Assembly (NCBI GenBank): GCA_963804995.1 | Contig: CAWDSK010000006.1 | Location: 640,001 to 704,000 of the forward strand | DNA from: an uncultured Acidobacteriota bacterium | Lineage (GTDB): Bacteria > Acidobacteriota > Terriglobia > UBA7540 | Direction: 5' to 3' | Length of the DNA: 64,000 bases | In this document: positions 1 through 10,678 of the stretch, piece by piece | Position numbering within the stretch: the first letter of the stretch is position 1 | How the letters are laid out: each line of letters begins with the position of its first letter | The notes under the pieces: model-generated | Seen by the model: the letters and a program-made list of their open reading frames with translations, nothing else | What the model was told of the DNA's origin: nothing | Database searches by the model: none | Translations under genes and position numbers: made by a program

Positions 1-248
1 GCAATGATGATCGCCAAACCCACGGCCGCCTCGGCTGCGGCCACGACGATGACGAAAAAGACAAAGAGTTGGCCATCCAGATTTCCCAGATATCGCGAAA
101 AGGCCATAAACGCCAGGTTGACGGCGTTCAGCATCAATTCAATGCACATGAAAACCGTGATGATGTTGCGGCGGAAGATAAATCCGGTGGCGCCCAAAAC
201 GAAAAGGATTACACTGAGCGCCAGATAATGTGAAAGCGGAACAATCAT
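1..248 (-). CDS. nuoK: NADH-quinone oxidoreductase subunit K (runs off window start)
   Basis: Manual translation [45 protein letters not shown]...[11 protein letters not shown]; follows nuoJ. Confidence 0.95.
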   Translation of the reverse strand, partial: MIVPLSHYLALSVILFVLGATGFIFRRNIITVFMCIELMLNAVNLAFMAFSRYLGNLDGQLFVFFVIVVAAAEAAVGLAIII

Positions 249-255
249 CTCGACC

Positions 256-747
256 TCAGAACTCCTTCTTAGCCAGTACAACCGCACCGAGCACTGCGAC
301 CAGAATCAAAATGGAAGTCACCTCAAAAGGCAACACGTAATTCCGGAAAAGCAGATGGCCAATCGCACTGGGACTTGCATCGAGCAGCGGGGCGGAAAGT
401 TTCGCGGTCGCCGGAAATTGCTCCCAGACCACCACCAATAGCTCAACCAGAATGGCGGCGATGATGGGGGCACCCAGCCACCGGGTCATGCGGCTTCGAT
501 GGGTTGTAGTTTCGCGGCCCGCATTGAGAAGCATGATGACGAAAACAAACAAAACCATGATGGCGCCCGCGTACACGATGACCTGAATGACGGCCATGAA
601 TTCCGCGCCTAGCAGCAAGTACACACACGCCAGCGAACAGAGGACGACAATCAGCGAGAGTGCGCTGTACACGGGGGTGCGCTGCAAGATAACATTCAGC
701 GCGGCCAGGACCGCTAGACCCGCACAAATATAGAAAAGAATCGCCAT
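256..747 (-). CDS. nuoJ: NADH-quinone oxidoreductase subunit J
   Basis: [21 protein letters not shown] and [15 protein letters not shown] motifs. Confidence 0.96.
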   Translation of the reverse strand: MAILFYICAGLAVLAALNVILQRTPVYSALSLIVVLCSLACVYLLLGAEFMAVIQVIVYAGAIMVLFVFVIMLLNAGRETTTHRSRMTRWLGAPIIAAILVELLVVVWEQFPATAKLSAPLLDASPSAIGHLLFRNYVLPFEVTSILILVAVLGAVVLAKKEF

Positions 748-753
748 ATCAGA

Positions 754-1821
754 TCATCCTGCCTCGTGCCAGGCGATGAGGAAACTCGTCACCAGAATAT
801 TCAGCAGGCCCAAAGGCAGCAGGAACTTCCATCCTAAAGACATCAGTTGGTCGTACCGGAAGCGCGGAAGTGTGCCGCGCATCCAGATGTAGAAAAACAG
901 GAAACAAAAAACTTTCAGGCAAAACCAAAAAACGGGAAGAAGGATTCGGAAGAGGGCCGGCCCACCCACCGGGCCATGCCAGCCTCCGAAAAACAACAGG
1001 GTGGCAAGGCATGAGACCGTTATCATATTCGCGTACTCTGACATGAAGAACATCGCGAATTTCATGCTGCTGTACTCAGTGTGAAAGCCACCCACCAGTT
1101 CCGTTTCGCCTTCGGGTAGATCAAAGGGCACGCGATTCGTTTCCGCCACTGCGGCAGTAAAGTAAACAAAAAAACCTATGGGCTGAACAAAAATGTTCCA
1201 ATGCGGCAACCAGGTATTGACGCCGTGAATATACCAAGTACCGCTTTGCGCCTCCACGATGCCGCGCAGGCTGAGCGTTCCCGCGATCATCAGCACCCCG
1301 ATCACGGCTATTCCCAGAGCCAGCTCGTAGCTGATCATCTGCGCCGAAGACCGCAGGGCGCCGAAGAGGGGATACTTGCTGTTGGAGGACCATCCCGCGA
1401 GCGCGATGCTGTACACGCCCAGGGAGGTGACGGCAAAGATAAACAGCAGCCCAACGTTCAGGTCAGTGATTTGAAACTCGATGGGATGACCACGGAAGGT
1501 GAATCCCCCGCCGAAGGGGATGACGGAAATGGAGAGAAACGCCAGGACAAATCCCAGAAAGGGCGCCAGCCAGTAGATCACGCGATCCGCCTCGAGGGGC
1601 ATAATATCTTCTTTGAGAATGAACTTTGCCCCGTCGGCCAGCGGTTGCAGCAGCCCGTGGGGGCCCACAAGGTACGGTCCCCAGCGCGCTTGAATATGGG
1701 CCACCACCTTGCGCTCCAGCCACGTGGTGTAAGCGACTGTGGTCAATAGAACAACGATGACCACCACAATCTTTACGCCCGCGACGAGGAAGAGAAATTC
1801 CGTGTCAGAAAATGTGGCCAT
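754..1821 (-). CDS. nuoH: NADH-quinone oxidoreductase subunit H
   Basis: ERKVVAHIQARWGP, GLLQPLADG, AETNRVPFDLPEGE, PRFRYDQLM. Confidence 0.97.
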   Translation of the reverse strand: MATFSDTEFLFLVAGVKIVVVIVVLLTTVAYTTWLERKVVAHIQARWGPYLVGPHGLLQPLADGAKFILKEDIMPLEADRVIYWLAPFLGFVLAFLSISVIPFGGGFTFRGHPIEFQITDLNVGLLFIFAVTSLGVYSIALAGWSSNSKYPLFGALRSSAQMISYELALGIAVIGVLMIAGTLSLRGIVEAQSGTWYIHGVNTWLPHWNIFVQPIGFFVYFTAAVAETNRVPFDLPEGETELVGGFHTEYSSMKFAMFFMSEYANMITVSCLATLLFFGGWHGPVGGPALFRILLPVFWFCLKVFCFLFFYIWMRGTLPRFRYDQLMSLGWKFLLPLGLLNILVTSFLIAWHEAG

Positions 1822-4156
1822 GAGGTCTCTTGGCTTCGTCCACTGAATTGAGCGCCCAACTATAACGGCTCAAGGTTCCCGATGTGAAGAGCGAATCCTG
1901 GGAGGAGAATATCAGATCTGCGGTGGCGAGTTCGGGTGGCATTCCCGCCGCCTGAGTCGCGACCGCGCGTCCGACCAGCAAGTTGGGAAGCGCGATTTCG
2001 TATCCCGGAACCCGCGCGATGATCTCCCGCAGCACGTCATCCGAAGACCCGTAAGTCCACTTGTGACCCAGCAGCCTCGCCAGGGCAAGCACGATCTCCA
2101 GGTCGCTTCGCGTCCCTGCCTTACGCATGGTTTTTTTAAGGGCCTGGACCTGGCCGCAGGTGTTGGTTACCGTCCCGGATTTTTCCGCAAAGCTGGTCGC
2201 GGGCAGAACCACGTGGGCAACCTCGGTCGTTTCCGTGGGGAAAAGTTCCGCCACCATCAGGAAACCCAGCTTGCCCAATTCTTCTTTGGCGATGTGAAAG
2301 GTCTTGACGGGATTTGATCCGAAGACCAGCAAGGCTTTGATCTCGCCCGATTTAACACCTTCGAGGATCGACAGTATGTTGCGCCCCGGCTCGGTGGGCA
2401 ACTCGCCTAGCCAGGTGGATTCGAAGCGCTCGCGAACGGCGGGGTCGGAAAGTGCCCCATAACCCGGCAAGACGTCGGGTAACAAGCCCATGTCGGCGGC
2501 GCCGCGCGAATTGGCATAATCTCCCAGCGCCACGAATCGAGTGCGGCCGGGAAGCGTGAGTCCCCAGCGAACCAGGGCCCCCACATCTTTCCCGCGAATT
2601 TCGTCCCCGAAAATAATGGTCGTGTTGGATTCTTTGTGCAACTTCTCGCCGAGAGAACTGAGAGCCACCGCCGCTCCGACCCCCAAGTCAGCAGCAGAGG
2701 ATCCGATTCCTGCCAGGGCGCGAATTGCCTCGGCTTCTCCCCCAACTTTGACACCGACGCTATAAGTCGCCTGGCGCTGCAACTTGATTTCCCGGCTATT
2801 CAACAAATACAAGTGAGCGTTGCGCTGGCGGACCGCCTGACGAATTTGATATGCGACCAGCGGATGTTGGTGGGTGGGGTCGTTGCCCACAACAAGGATG
2901 CTGGGAGATTCAAAGATGTCCTGGATAGTTGCGTGACGATCGAGGGCCTTCGCTTCCGTCAGCGCACGCACGAGCGAGCTGTAATCCGCCGTGCGGTGGT
3001 GGTCAAGATTGTTGGTTCCAAGCACCGTGCGCGCCAAGCGGCCGAGCAGATAATTCTCCTCATTCGTGGTGCGATTGGAGCCGATCACGGCGACGGACGC
3101 CGGCCCATGCTGTTTGAGGATTTCCGTGAGGCGGTCGGCCGTGAGCCCCAACGCCTCATCCCAGGTTCCAGCTTCCTGCCTGCCATTCTTGCGAATCAGC
3201 GGCGCCGTCAGGCGTTGGTCGCTGTTAACGAAGTCCCAGCCAAAGCGGCCTTTGACGCAAAGGAACTCGCCGTTAAAACCGGAGTGGTCGCGGTTGTTGG
3301 CTCGAATGATTTCGTTGTTCCGAACCGAGAGAGTCGTCTTGCAGCCATCACCGCAATGGTTACAGGTGGTGCCCGTGTATGTCATTTCCCAGGGGCGTGT
3401 CTTGTAGCGATAGGTTCCACTGGTCAGGGCGCCCACCGGGCAAACGTCAATACACATCCCGCATTCTTCGCATTCCAGTTTTTCGCCGTGGTTGGGAATA
3501 ATCTCACTGTGCGCGCCGCGGTAGCCGATGCCGTAGGCATTAACGTCCAGACCCTCATCGCAAACCCGCACGCAGCGATAACATAGTATGCAACGGGGCC
3601 AATCGTAATAAACCAGATTTGAAAACTGGCGCTCCTCATGGTGGAGTTTGGTTTCCATGAAGCGGGTCTCCGCCGCACCGTAGCGGAAAACCGCGTCCTG
3701 CAATTCGCACTCGCCGCCTTTGTCGCAAACGGGGCAATCGAGCGGGTGATTAGTGAGCAGGAACTCCAGCATGGCTTTGCGGGCGTTCTTTACTTCTTCG
3801 TTCTCAGTCTGGACAACCATGCCGTTGGTGACCACCGTGGTGCAGGCGGTCTGCAACTTGGGCATTTTCTCAATCGCCACCAGGCACATGCGGCAGGCAC
3901 CCTGGAGCGTCAGCCCCGGATAATAGCAGTAGGAAGGAATCTCGATTCCCGCTTGCTTGGCGGCTTCAATAAGTAGCGTGCCCGCCGGGACCGTCACTTT
4001 CTTGCCGTTGATGGTCAGGGACACAGGTTCGACTGCGGCGTTCGTGCGTGGAGAAAGGCTGTGGCTGCGGGAGTACGGTCCCGCCACCTGGAAGTTTTCC
4101 TCCTTGGGAGGCAAGTCCAGGATGACGAACGGAGATTTCTGCGTCTCGTCCTTCAT
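1805..4156 (-). CDS. nuoG: NADH-quinone oxidoreductase subunit G
   Basis: GACRMC, HPLDCPVCDKGGECELQD, CILCYRCVRVC and CNHCGDGC Fe-S motifs; molybdopterin-oxidoreductase-like C-terminus. Confidence 0.96.
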   Translation of the reverse strand: MKDETQKSPFVILDLPPKEENFQVAGPYSRSHSLSPRTNAAVEPVSLTINGKKVTVPAGTLLIEAAKQAGIEIPSYCYYPGLTLQGACRMCLVAIEKMPKLQTACTTVVTNGMVVQTENEEVKNARKAMLEFLLTNHPLDCPVCDKGGECELQDAVFRYGAAETRFMETKLHHEERQFSNLVYYDWPRCILCYRCVRVCDEGLDVNAYGIGYRGAHSEIIPNHGEKLECEECGMCIDVCPVGALTSGTYRYKTRPWEMTYTGTTCNHCGDGCKTTLSVRNNEIIRANNRDHSGFNGEFLCVKGRFGWDFVNSDQRLTAPLIRKNGRQEAGTWDEALGLTADRLTEILKQHGPASVAVIGSNRTTNEENYLLGRLARTVLGTNNLDHHRTADYSSLVRALTEAKALDRHATIQDIFESPSILVVGNDPTHQHPLVAYQIRQAVRQRNAHLYLLNSREIKLQRQATYSVGVKVGGEAEAIRALAGIGSSAADLGVGAAVALSSLGEKLHKESNTTIIFGDEIRGKDVGALVRWGLTLPGRTRFVALGDYANSRGAADMGLLPDVLPGYGALSDPAVRERFESTWLGELPTEPGRNILSILEGVKSGEIKALLVFGSNPVKTFHIAKEELGKLGFLMVAELFPTETTEVAHVVLPATSFAEKSGTVTNTCGQVQALKKTMRKAGTRSDLEIVLALARLLGHKWTYGSSDDVLREIIARVPGYEIALPNLLVGRAVATQAAGMPPELATADLIFSSQDSLFTSGTLSRYSWALNSVDEAKRPHGHIF

Positions 4157-5472
4157 GCCACGCTCACCACTTTCTTTTCGTAAGGACAGTACCCAAGCTT
4201 TAGATGCTCATCAAATTCATGCCGGAACTTTTTTAGGATGCTGATAGTTGGCATGGCTGCCGCGTCCCCCAGCGGGCAGAGAGTCTTGCCCAGGATGTTG
4301 TAGGAAACATCCAGCGCCGTGTCGGGATCGTCCGGAAGTGCCCCACCGGAGTGAAAGCGATCGAACAAGTGCTTCAACCAGGAAGTTCCTTCACGGCAGG
4401 GGATGCACCAGCCGCAGGATTCGTGCGCGTAGAATTTCATGATACGGCCTGCGGCTTTTACCATGCACGCATCTTCATCGATAACGACGACTCCCCCGGA
4501 GCCCAGCATGGAACCGATTTTGGCGACCGAATCATAATCCATGGCCACGTCAATTTCATCCGCGGTCAGGACAGGGCACGATGAGCCACCCGGAATCACG
4601 GCCTTCAGCTTCTTTCCGCCCGGCACCCCGCCGCCGATTTCCTCAATCATCCGGCGCAGGGGAAAGCCCATTGGCAATTCGTAAACTCCTGGACGCGCGA
4701 TGTGGCCGCTCAGGCAGAAAAGGCGGGTACCGCCATTTTTCGGTGAGCCCAGCTTCGAGTACCAGTCCGCGCCGTTCAGGAGGATGTGAGGAACATTCGA
4801 GAGTGTCTCGACGTTATTGATGACCGTAGGCCCGCCGTACAGGCCGACGACCGCAGGGAAAGGAGGCTTGATGCGGGGATAGCCGCGTAGGCCCTCGAGC
4901 GAATTCAGCAGCGCCGTTTCTTCGCCACACTCGTAGGCGCCCGCACCAGTGTGCGTGCAAAGCTCGAAATCGAATCCGGAGCCGAGCACGTTCCTGCCGA
5001 GATAGCCGCGCGCGTAGGCTTCCGCCAACGCCCGATCGACGATATCCAGAAGGTAACGATACTCGCCGCGAACGTAAATGAATCCCTGATGAGCCTGGAT
5101 GGCATAGCCCGCGATGATAATGCCTTCAATAAGCTGATGCGGGTCGTACTCCATCAGCGGCCGGTCCTTACAAGTTCCGGGCTCGCTCTCATCAGCATTG
5201 CAGACCACATACTTGGGTTTGGCCGACTGCTTGGGGACGAAGCTCCACTTCATGCCTGTATTGAAGCCGGCGCCACCCCGGCCGCGCAGGCCGGAGTTCT
5301 TTACTTCGTTGATGACATCTTCCGGTTTCAGGGTGAGCGCCTTGGCCAAGGCCTTGTAACCGTCATGTTGTATGTAAACGTCAATCGAGGTCGAGTTGGG
5401 CAGGCCAAAGCGCTTGCTGATGACCTTCACCTCGAGCGGGCTGTTGCCCATCGGATTGTTATAGCCAGGCAT
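4153..5472 (-). CDS. nuoF: NADH-quinone oxidoreductase subunit F
   Basis: GLRGRGGAGF, NADESEPG, GAGAYECGEETAL, ESCGWCIPCREG. Confidence 0.97.
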   Translation of the reverse strand: MPGYNNPMGNSPLEVKVISKRFGLPNSTSIDVYIQHDGYKALAKALTLKPEDVINEVKNSGLRGRGGAGFNTGMKWSFVPKQSAKPKYVVCNADESEPGTCKDRPLMEYDPHQLIEGIIIAGYAIQAHQGFIYVRGEYRYLLDIVDRALAEAYARGYLGRNVLGSGFDFELCTHTGAGAYECGEETALLNSLEGLRGYPRIKPPFPAVVGLYGGPTVINNVETLSNVPHILLNGADWYSKLGSPKNGGTRLFCLSGHIARPGVYELPMGFPLRRMIEEIGGGVPGGKKLKAVIPGGSSCPVLTADEIDVAMDYDSVAKIGSMLGSGGVVVIDEDACMVKAAGRIMKFYAHESCGWCIPCREGTSWLKHLFDRFHSGGALPDDPDTALDVSYNILGKTLCPLGDAAAMPTISILKKFRHEFDEHLKLGYCPYEKKVVSVA

Positions 5473-5657
5473 GGAGTTGTCAGTGGCCAGTTGTCAGTCG
5501 TCAGTTGCATGACCACGCCCTGACCTTATCCCTAACTAAGGAGGGGTGCCGCCATCCTGGGAACTCCTCTTCTTAATTAAGCAGAGGTGCCCGGAGTAGG
5601 GCGGGCTGGTTGCTTCTGACTCCTAACTCCTAACTTCTAGCTTCTACCTCCTACTCC

Positions 5658-6146
5658 TCACATCTTTGAACGCGGTTCTTTCTTTCTCAGTTCTTCAAGC
5701 AGAGCATCGATCTTTTCCGGCGTGAGGTTTTCGTAGAAGTCGTAATTCACCTGCATCGCCGGCGCTCCACAGCAGGCGCCCAGGCACTCAACTTCTTCGA
5801 GCGTGAACAGGCCATCCGAGGTGGTTTGCTTGTGCCCGATACCAAGTCTTCGCGAGCAGTGCTCGAAGATCTCCTCGGCGCCCCGCAGCATGCAGGAGAT
5901 GTTGGTGCAAACCTGAATATTGTACTTGCCGATTGGGTGGCGGTGGAGCATCGAGTAAAAGGAGACAACCTCGGTGACCTCAATGGGCCGCACGTCCACG
6001 CGGCGCGCCACCTCAGCGATGACCTCGTCGCTCACATGGCCGACCTCATCCTGGGCATAAAGGAGCATCGGCACAACTGCGGAGCGCTTCAGGGGGTAGC
6101 GCGCGATGAGTTGGTCGAACTTTTTCAGTAAAGATTCAGAGAGCAT
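5658..6146 (-). CDS. nuoE: NADH-quinone oxidoreductase subunit E
   Basis: CTNISC and ECLGAC [2Fe-2S] motifs. Confidence 0.96.
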   Translation of the reverse strand: MLSESLLKKFDQLIARYPLKRSAVVPMLLYAQDEVGHVSDEVIAEVARRVDVRPIEVTEVVSFYSMLHRHPIGKYNIQVCTNISCMLRGAEEIFEHCSRRLGIGHKQTTSDGLFTLEEVECLGACCGAPAMQVNYDFYENLTPEKIDALLEELRKKEPRSKM

Positions 6147-6212
6147 TCTCGTTGAGCTAAAGGCCGAGATTCGAAACCCGCTCCGATTTCCGAGTTCCGA
6201 TTTTCGCCTTCC

Positions 6213-7409
6213 TTATCGATCCACTTCTCCCAGGACGATATCGATGGTGCCGATACATGCCACAACGTCAGCAATCAAACGACCTTCAATCATCTTCGGC
6301 AAGGCCTGCAAATTCGCGAAAGAAGGCGCCCGTACATGACACCGGAAGGGTTTGGGAGATCCGTCACTGACCATGTAGAACCCTAATTCTCCACGTGGCG
6401 ACTCGATGGCCTGATAGACCTCACCCACCGGCGGATGGAAGCCTTCGGTCACAATCTTAAAGTGATAAATCAATGCCTCGATGGAAGTCTTCATGCTCTC
6501 ACGTTCGGGCATCACGATGTGCGGAGCGTTGGCTTTGACTGGTCCATCCGGCAAGCCCTCCATGGCCTGCCGCACGATACGCAGCGATTGGCGCATTTCC
6601 TCAACCCGCGCCAGGTATCGCGCGTACACATCGCCTTCGGAGCGGGTGACAACTTTGAAATCAAATTTCTCGTAGCTGGAGTAGGGTTCTTTCTTACGAA
6701 TGTCCCAGTCTACTCCCGAGCCGCGCAGGGAGGGACCGGAGAGCCCGAAGGCAACGGCATCTTCCCCCGAAATGTACCCGACCCCCTTTGTCCGGCTCAG
6801 CCAGATGGGGTTTTTGGTGAGCAAGGCTTCGTATTCGTCGATACGCTGGGGAAACTTCTGCATGAACTTTTCGACCAGCTTCAGCCATCCCAAAGGAGGC
6901 TCAAGAGCCAGCCCACCGACCCGAAAATAGCTGGTCATCATGCGCTGGCCGGAGACCGCCTCGAAAATGTGCAGGATTTCCTCGCGCTCGCGGAAACAAT
7001 AGAGGAAGACCGACATGGCACCAATGTCGATGGCATGCGTGCCGAGCCACACCAAATGGCTTTGGATGCGCGTCAATTCGGTCAGCAGCACCCGAATCCA
7101 CTGGGCGCGCGGTGGGATTTCGAGGTCCAGAAGCTTCTCGGTCGCAAGGCAGAATCCCAGGTTGTTCGAAAGGGGCGCCAGGTAATCCATGCGGTCGGTA
7201 AGCGTGATCCCCTGGGTATAGGTCTTGCTTTCGAAGGACTTTTCGAAGCCGGTGTGCAGATAGCCGATGTCATAGAGAGCGCGCACGACGGTTTCGCCGT
7301 CGAGCTCAAGCACCAGCCGCAGCACCCCATGTGTCGAGGGATGCTGCGGGCCCATGCTGAGGATAACCCGCTCTTCCTCCCCCGGAATTCTTTCCAAAGT
7401 AATCGGCAT
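6213..7409 (-). CDS. nuoD: NADH-quinone oxidoreductase subunit D
   Basis: MGPQHPSTHGVLRL, DRMDYLAP, IDIVLGEVDR. Confidence 0.97.
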   Translation of the reverse strand: MPITLERIPGEEERVILSMGPQHPSTHGVLRLVLELDGETVVRALYDIGYLHTGFEKSFESKTYTQGITLTDRMDYLAPLSNNLGFCLATEKLLDLEIPPRAQWIRVLLTELTRIQSHLVWLGTHAIDIGAMSVFLYCFREREEILHIFEAVSGQRMMTSYFRVGGLALEPPLGWLKLVEKFMQKFPQRIDEYEALLTKNPIWLSRTKGVGYISGEDAVAFGLSGPSLRGSGVDWDIRKKEPYSSYEKFDFKVVTRSEGDVYARYLARVEEMRQSLRIVRQAMEGLPDGPVKANAPHIVMPERESMKTSIEALIYHFKIVTEGFHPPVGEVYQAIESPRGELGFYMVSDGSPKPFRCHVRAPSFANLQALPKMIEGRLIADVVACIGTIDIVLGEVDR

Positions 7410-7883
7410 CTAGCGATAACCCTCAGTGGGGTAATCCTTGCGTAAAGGGTATCCCTTCCAATCCTCAGGCAGCAGGAGCCGCCGCAGAAAGGGATGTCCC
7501 TCAAATTCGATTCCAAACAGGTCAAACACCTCGCGTTCGAAGGCATTGGCCGCAGGCCACACGGAAACAGCCGAATTGAGGCGCGGAGTTTCGCCCGAGA
7601 CCCGTACCTTCAAGCGCAAGCGCTGCGAGGTTTCCATTGCCAGCAAGTGATACACAACTTCGAAGCGAGGTTCGTTCGGGTAGAGATCCACCACGGTAAC
7701 ATCCACGAGGAAACTGAACTTCAGGCCGGGTTCGTCTCGGAGATATTCACAGGCGCGGATGAGGCAGGCGGGCCGTATGTAGAGCGTCACCTCGCCGCGG
7801 AAGGACCGGGCATCCTCAACCGCCTCCGGCTCTGATTCCCTCAGTTTCTTGAAAGCGAGATTGGTTTCAAGGTCGGTGGTCAT
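7410..7883 (-). CDS. nuoC: NADH-quinone oxidoreductase subunit C
   Basis: EREVFDLFGIEFEGHP...PLRKDYP; start placed at MTTDLE because the longer ORF runs through intergenic repeats. Confidence 0.93.
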   Translation of the reverse strand: MTTDLETNLAFKKLRESEPEAVEDARSFRGEVTLYIRPACLIRACEYLRDEPGLKFSFLVDVTVVDLYPNEPRFEVVYHLLAMETSQRLRLKVRVSGETPRLNSAVSVWPAANAFEREVFDLFGIEFEGHPFLRRLLLPEDWKGYPLRKDYPTEGYR

Positions 7884-8007
7884 AGAATCGGGTGAGCCGG
7901 CAATCGGGAGAGCGAGTGAACAGGTCGCGGCATCAATTGATCGGGTGAGCAACAAACCAGTTCGGTCTTTGTTCACCCGATCACCGAATCTCCTGATCAC
8001 CCGATCA

Positions 8008-8376
8008 CTAGCGGGTCCAGTCCAGAGCGCCCTTCTTCCAAAGATAGACGTAGCCAGCCAGTAGGATGGCGATGTACAAGAACATTTCAACGAAGCCAAA
8101 CCACTTCAAGCTTTTATAGACCACTGCCCAGGGATAAAGAAAAACGGCCTCAACGTCGAACAGGATGAAGATCATCCCGATAAGATAGAAGCTGACCGAA
8201 AAGCGCTCACGGGCGTTGCCGACGGGAGGTATCCCGCATTCATAGGGCGAGAGTTTTTCCCGCGTTGGCCGCTTTACCCCGACCCACCAAGACAACCCCA
8301 GCATGGCGGCGGCAATGAACACCACCACCATGAAGTGCAACAAGACGGGGATATAAACTCCAGCCATTCCAGTCAC
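8008..8376 (-). CDS. nuoA: NADH-quinone oxidoreductase subunit A
   Basis: KLSPYECG, FILFDVEAVFLYPWA, WKKGALDW. Confidence 0.96.
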   Translation of the reverse strand: MTGMAGVYIPVLLHFMVVVFIAAAMLGLSWWVGVKRPTREKLSPYECGIPPVGNARERFSVSFYLIGMIFILFDVEAVFLYPWAVVYKSLKWFGFVEMFLYIAILLAGYVYLWKKGALDWTR

Positions 8377-8535
8377 TTACAAGCGCTTTTGAGTGTCTTT
8401 CCCGGACCAAAAACTATACGAGGCGGCTCCGAATGGTGTCAAGTTTTTTCTTGCCTGAGTCGCCGGGAGCCAGTAACATTCAAGCTATCGAACGGGGAGC
8501 TGCGGTCCGTAGCGGTCCCTAGCGGGGCTTGTCCC

Positions 8536-8808
8536 ATGGTGATGGGATTCAATACCGACATAAAGCACGATGGCGTGGTCTATCACATCCAGACCGAACC
8601 TCGCAAAGACGCGGGGATCGATACGACCGTGTACACACGGGGCGCGGTCATCCACAAATTAAAGAGCTCCTACCAGGATTTGCTGGACTCCCCCGATTTC
8701 AGTGAAGAGAAACTGAAGCAACGGCTCGAAGACCAGCACCGACAAGTCATCGCGCGGATCCGCGCGGGGGAAATCAACCCCGCTGCTCAACAAGCAGGCC
8801 CTTCCTAA
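8536..8808 (+). CDS. Small conserved hypothetical protein ([18 protein letters not shown] type)
   Basis: Globular 90-aa ORF divergent from nuoA and co-oriented with thiS. Confidence 0.75.
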   Translation: MVMGFNTDIKHDGVVYHIQTEPRKDAGIDTTVYTRGAVIHKLKSSYQDLLDSPDFSEEKLKQRLEDQHRQVIARIRAGEINPAAQQAGPS

Positions 8809-8821
8809 CTGGGAGTCCCCT

Positions 8822-9061
8822 TTGGCAAATATCCACCTGAATGGAGAGCTTCAAGAGGTCCCCGAAGGACTAACTTTGGCGGCTCTGCTCGATTGGCTGG
8901 AGTTGCCTGCCGACCGTGTCGCCGTGGAACGCAACCTGGAGATCGTTCCCAGGTCCAAGTGGGCGGAGACCATGATCCAGACCAACGACCGCTTGGAGGT
9001 GGTACACTTTGTGGGCGGCGGCAAGTTTGACTTCACAGCGCCATTCCTTGGATGGGAATAA
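8822..9061 (+). CDS. thiS: Sulfur carrier protein ThiS with C-terminal extension
   Basis: LNGE...[12 protein letters not shown]...[12 protein letters not shown]. Confidence 0.9.
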   Translation: MANIHLNGELQEVPEGLTLAALLDWLELPADRVAVERNLEIVPRSKWAETMIQTNDRLEVVHFVGGGKFDFTAPFLGWE

Positions 9062-9135
9062 GGTCAAGCGAGCCGAAACGCAGAGGTGCCCTGCCTGGGG
9101 GTCAACGCTGCGCGCTGGGTATTGCAAGTTTCCCG

Positions 9136-10495
9136 ATGAATCCGAACACTTACAATCCTGCGGCCTTCACGGTGGTCGACCTGCTCATCAAGTTGGCGGT
9201 CATGGCCCTATTGGCGGGCTTCATCGCGCGTTTCGGGATGTTCCGGCGCCTGCTGGTTATTGAGCAACGGGGACCCCGCGAGAAGATACAGTTTGCCCTG
9301 TTTCTGGGACTGCCCTTCATGGTAGGCGTGCTAGTACGTTTGCTTGAGCATTACCCAACTACCGATCTGAGCCTGGAAGTGACCGTGCTGGCGGGACTGC
9401 TGGGCGGGACGATTGTGGGCCTGGCGGTGGCGTTGATTGTCAGCCTCCCTACTCTACTCTTTCATCTTGGTCACATGGAATTCCTGGCCTTGCCAATGGC
9501 TACACTCTATGCGGTGGTGGCCGGAACGCTACGCTGGGTTTGTCCCGACAAAGAAGAGATCTGGAAATTCTCGCCCTTCATTGATTTGAGCCTGTACCGT
9601 TCGATTCGGCAAAAGTTCAAGCATCCTGCCATTGACTGGCAAGTCCTCTTTACACTTATCTGCATCATCCTGGAAGTCATTCGCATGGTGGTGGTAGGGC
9701 CCATCTCTCACGGAAGGCTGTTCTATCCGTACTCCCCCAATCATCTCACACAGGTACTGATCGTTTTGGCCACCATCATTGGGGTCGGCTTGCCGGTTCG
9801 GATTTGGAACACCACGCGCATTGAGCACAAACTCGTGGAACAGGAGAAGGCGCTGCTCCAAGCACGCATGGACGCACTCATCAGTCAGATTAATCCCCAC
9901 TTTCTCTTTAATACTTTGAACACGATCTCCTCCCTGATTCGTTTCGATCCCGACACAGCTCGCACCGTGCTGCTCAAGCTATCGAACATTTTGCGCCGGC
10001 GCCTGAAATCCCAGGTTCACTTCTCACCCCTCCGGCAGGAGTTGGAGTTCATCGATGATTACCTGGATATCGAAGTAGTGCGGTTCGGGCGAGACAAGTT
10101 GCAAATCCGCAAAGAGATTGATCCTGAGACTTTGGAAATAGTCGTTCCCAGCATGATCTTGCAACCCTTGGTGGAGAACGCGATCCGGCACGGCATCGGG
10201 CCGAAAATTGAGGGCGGCACAATCACCTTGCGAACCAAGCGTGGCAATGGCCGGCTGATGATTGAAGTCATCGACAACGGAGTGGGGATTCCTGAGCCGC
10301 GGCAAAGCGAAGTGTTCGACAGTGGAATCGGAATCAGCAACGTTCGCGAGCGCCTGGCGGTGCTCTACGGCGAGGATTTCTCGATTAAGATCGATAGCCA
10401 GCCGGGCCAGGGAACCGCAATCCGGCTCGAAGATTCCAGAGTTGCTCACTTCAGTGCCTGCGGCGCGGGTCGAGGCCGCCGCCGCCCTGTCTTAG
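9136..10495 (+). CDS. LytS/YehU-type membrane sensor histidine kinase; apparent extra base near 10430
   Basis: TM helices, SQINPHFLFNTLN, LQPLVENAIRHG, DNGVG, GIGISNV; C-terminus continues as IPELLTS...ALS* in the 10262..10495 frame. Confidence 0.9.
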
Positions 10496-10678
10496 AAACT
10501 CTTCCCGCCTACGCGACAAGCCAGCGGGCGTGGTTCGGACTGCGCCGGCCGCTGGTCTCCACCCACCGCACGGCTGTGCTTTAATTTTCCGATAACGATA
10601 TAGATTTGGGCGTACAATCCTCCCATCCCACTGGTGACTTCGGGCGTGTGCAGACAACTTGAAGAGGAGGACTTTGTT

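Noticed and set aside
2636..7445. Long antisense ORFs over nuo genes (e.g. 2636..3586, 6435..7445); similar ones at 47328..48482, 52132..53343 and 53623..54780
   Set aside because: Shadow ORFs of GC-rich coding sequence opposite well-supported genes, with no motifs of their own.
7884..8099. N-terminal extension of NuoC or a hidden nuoB
   Set aside because: The extension translates heptamer repeats and overlaps nuoA; no NuoB CC motif and too little space.
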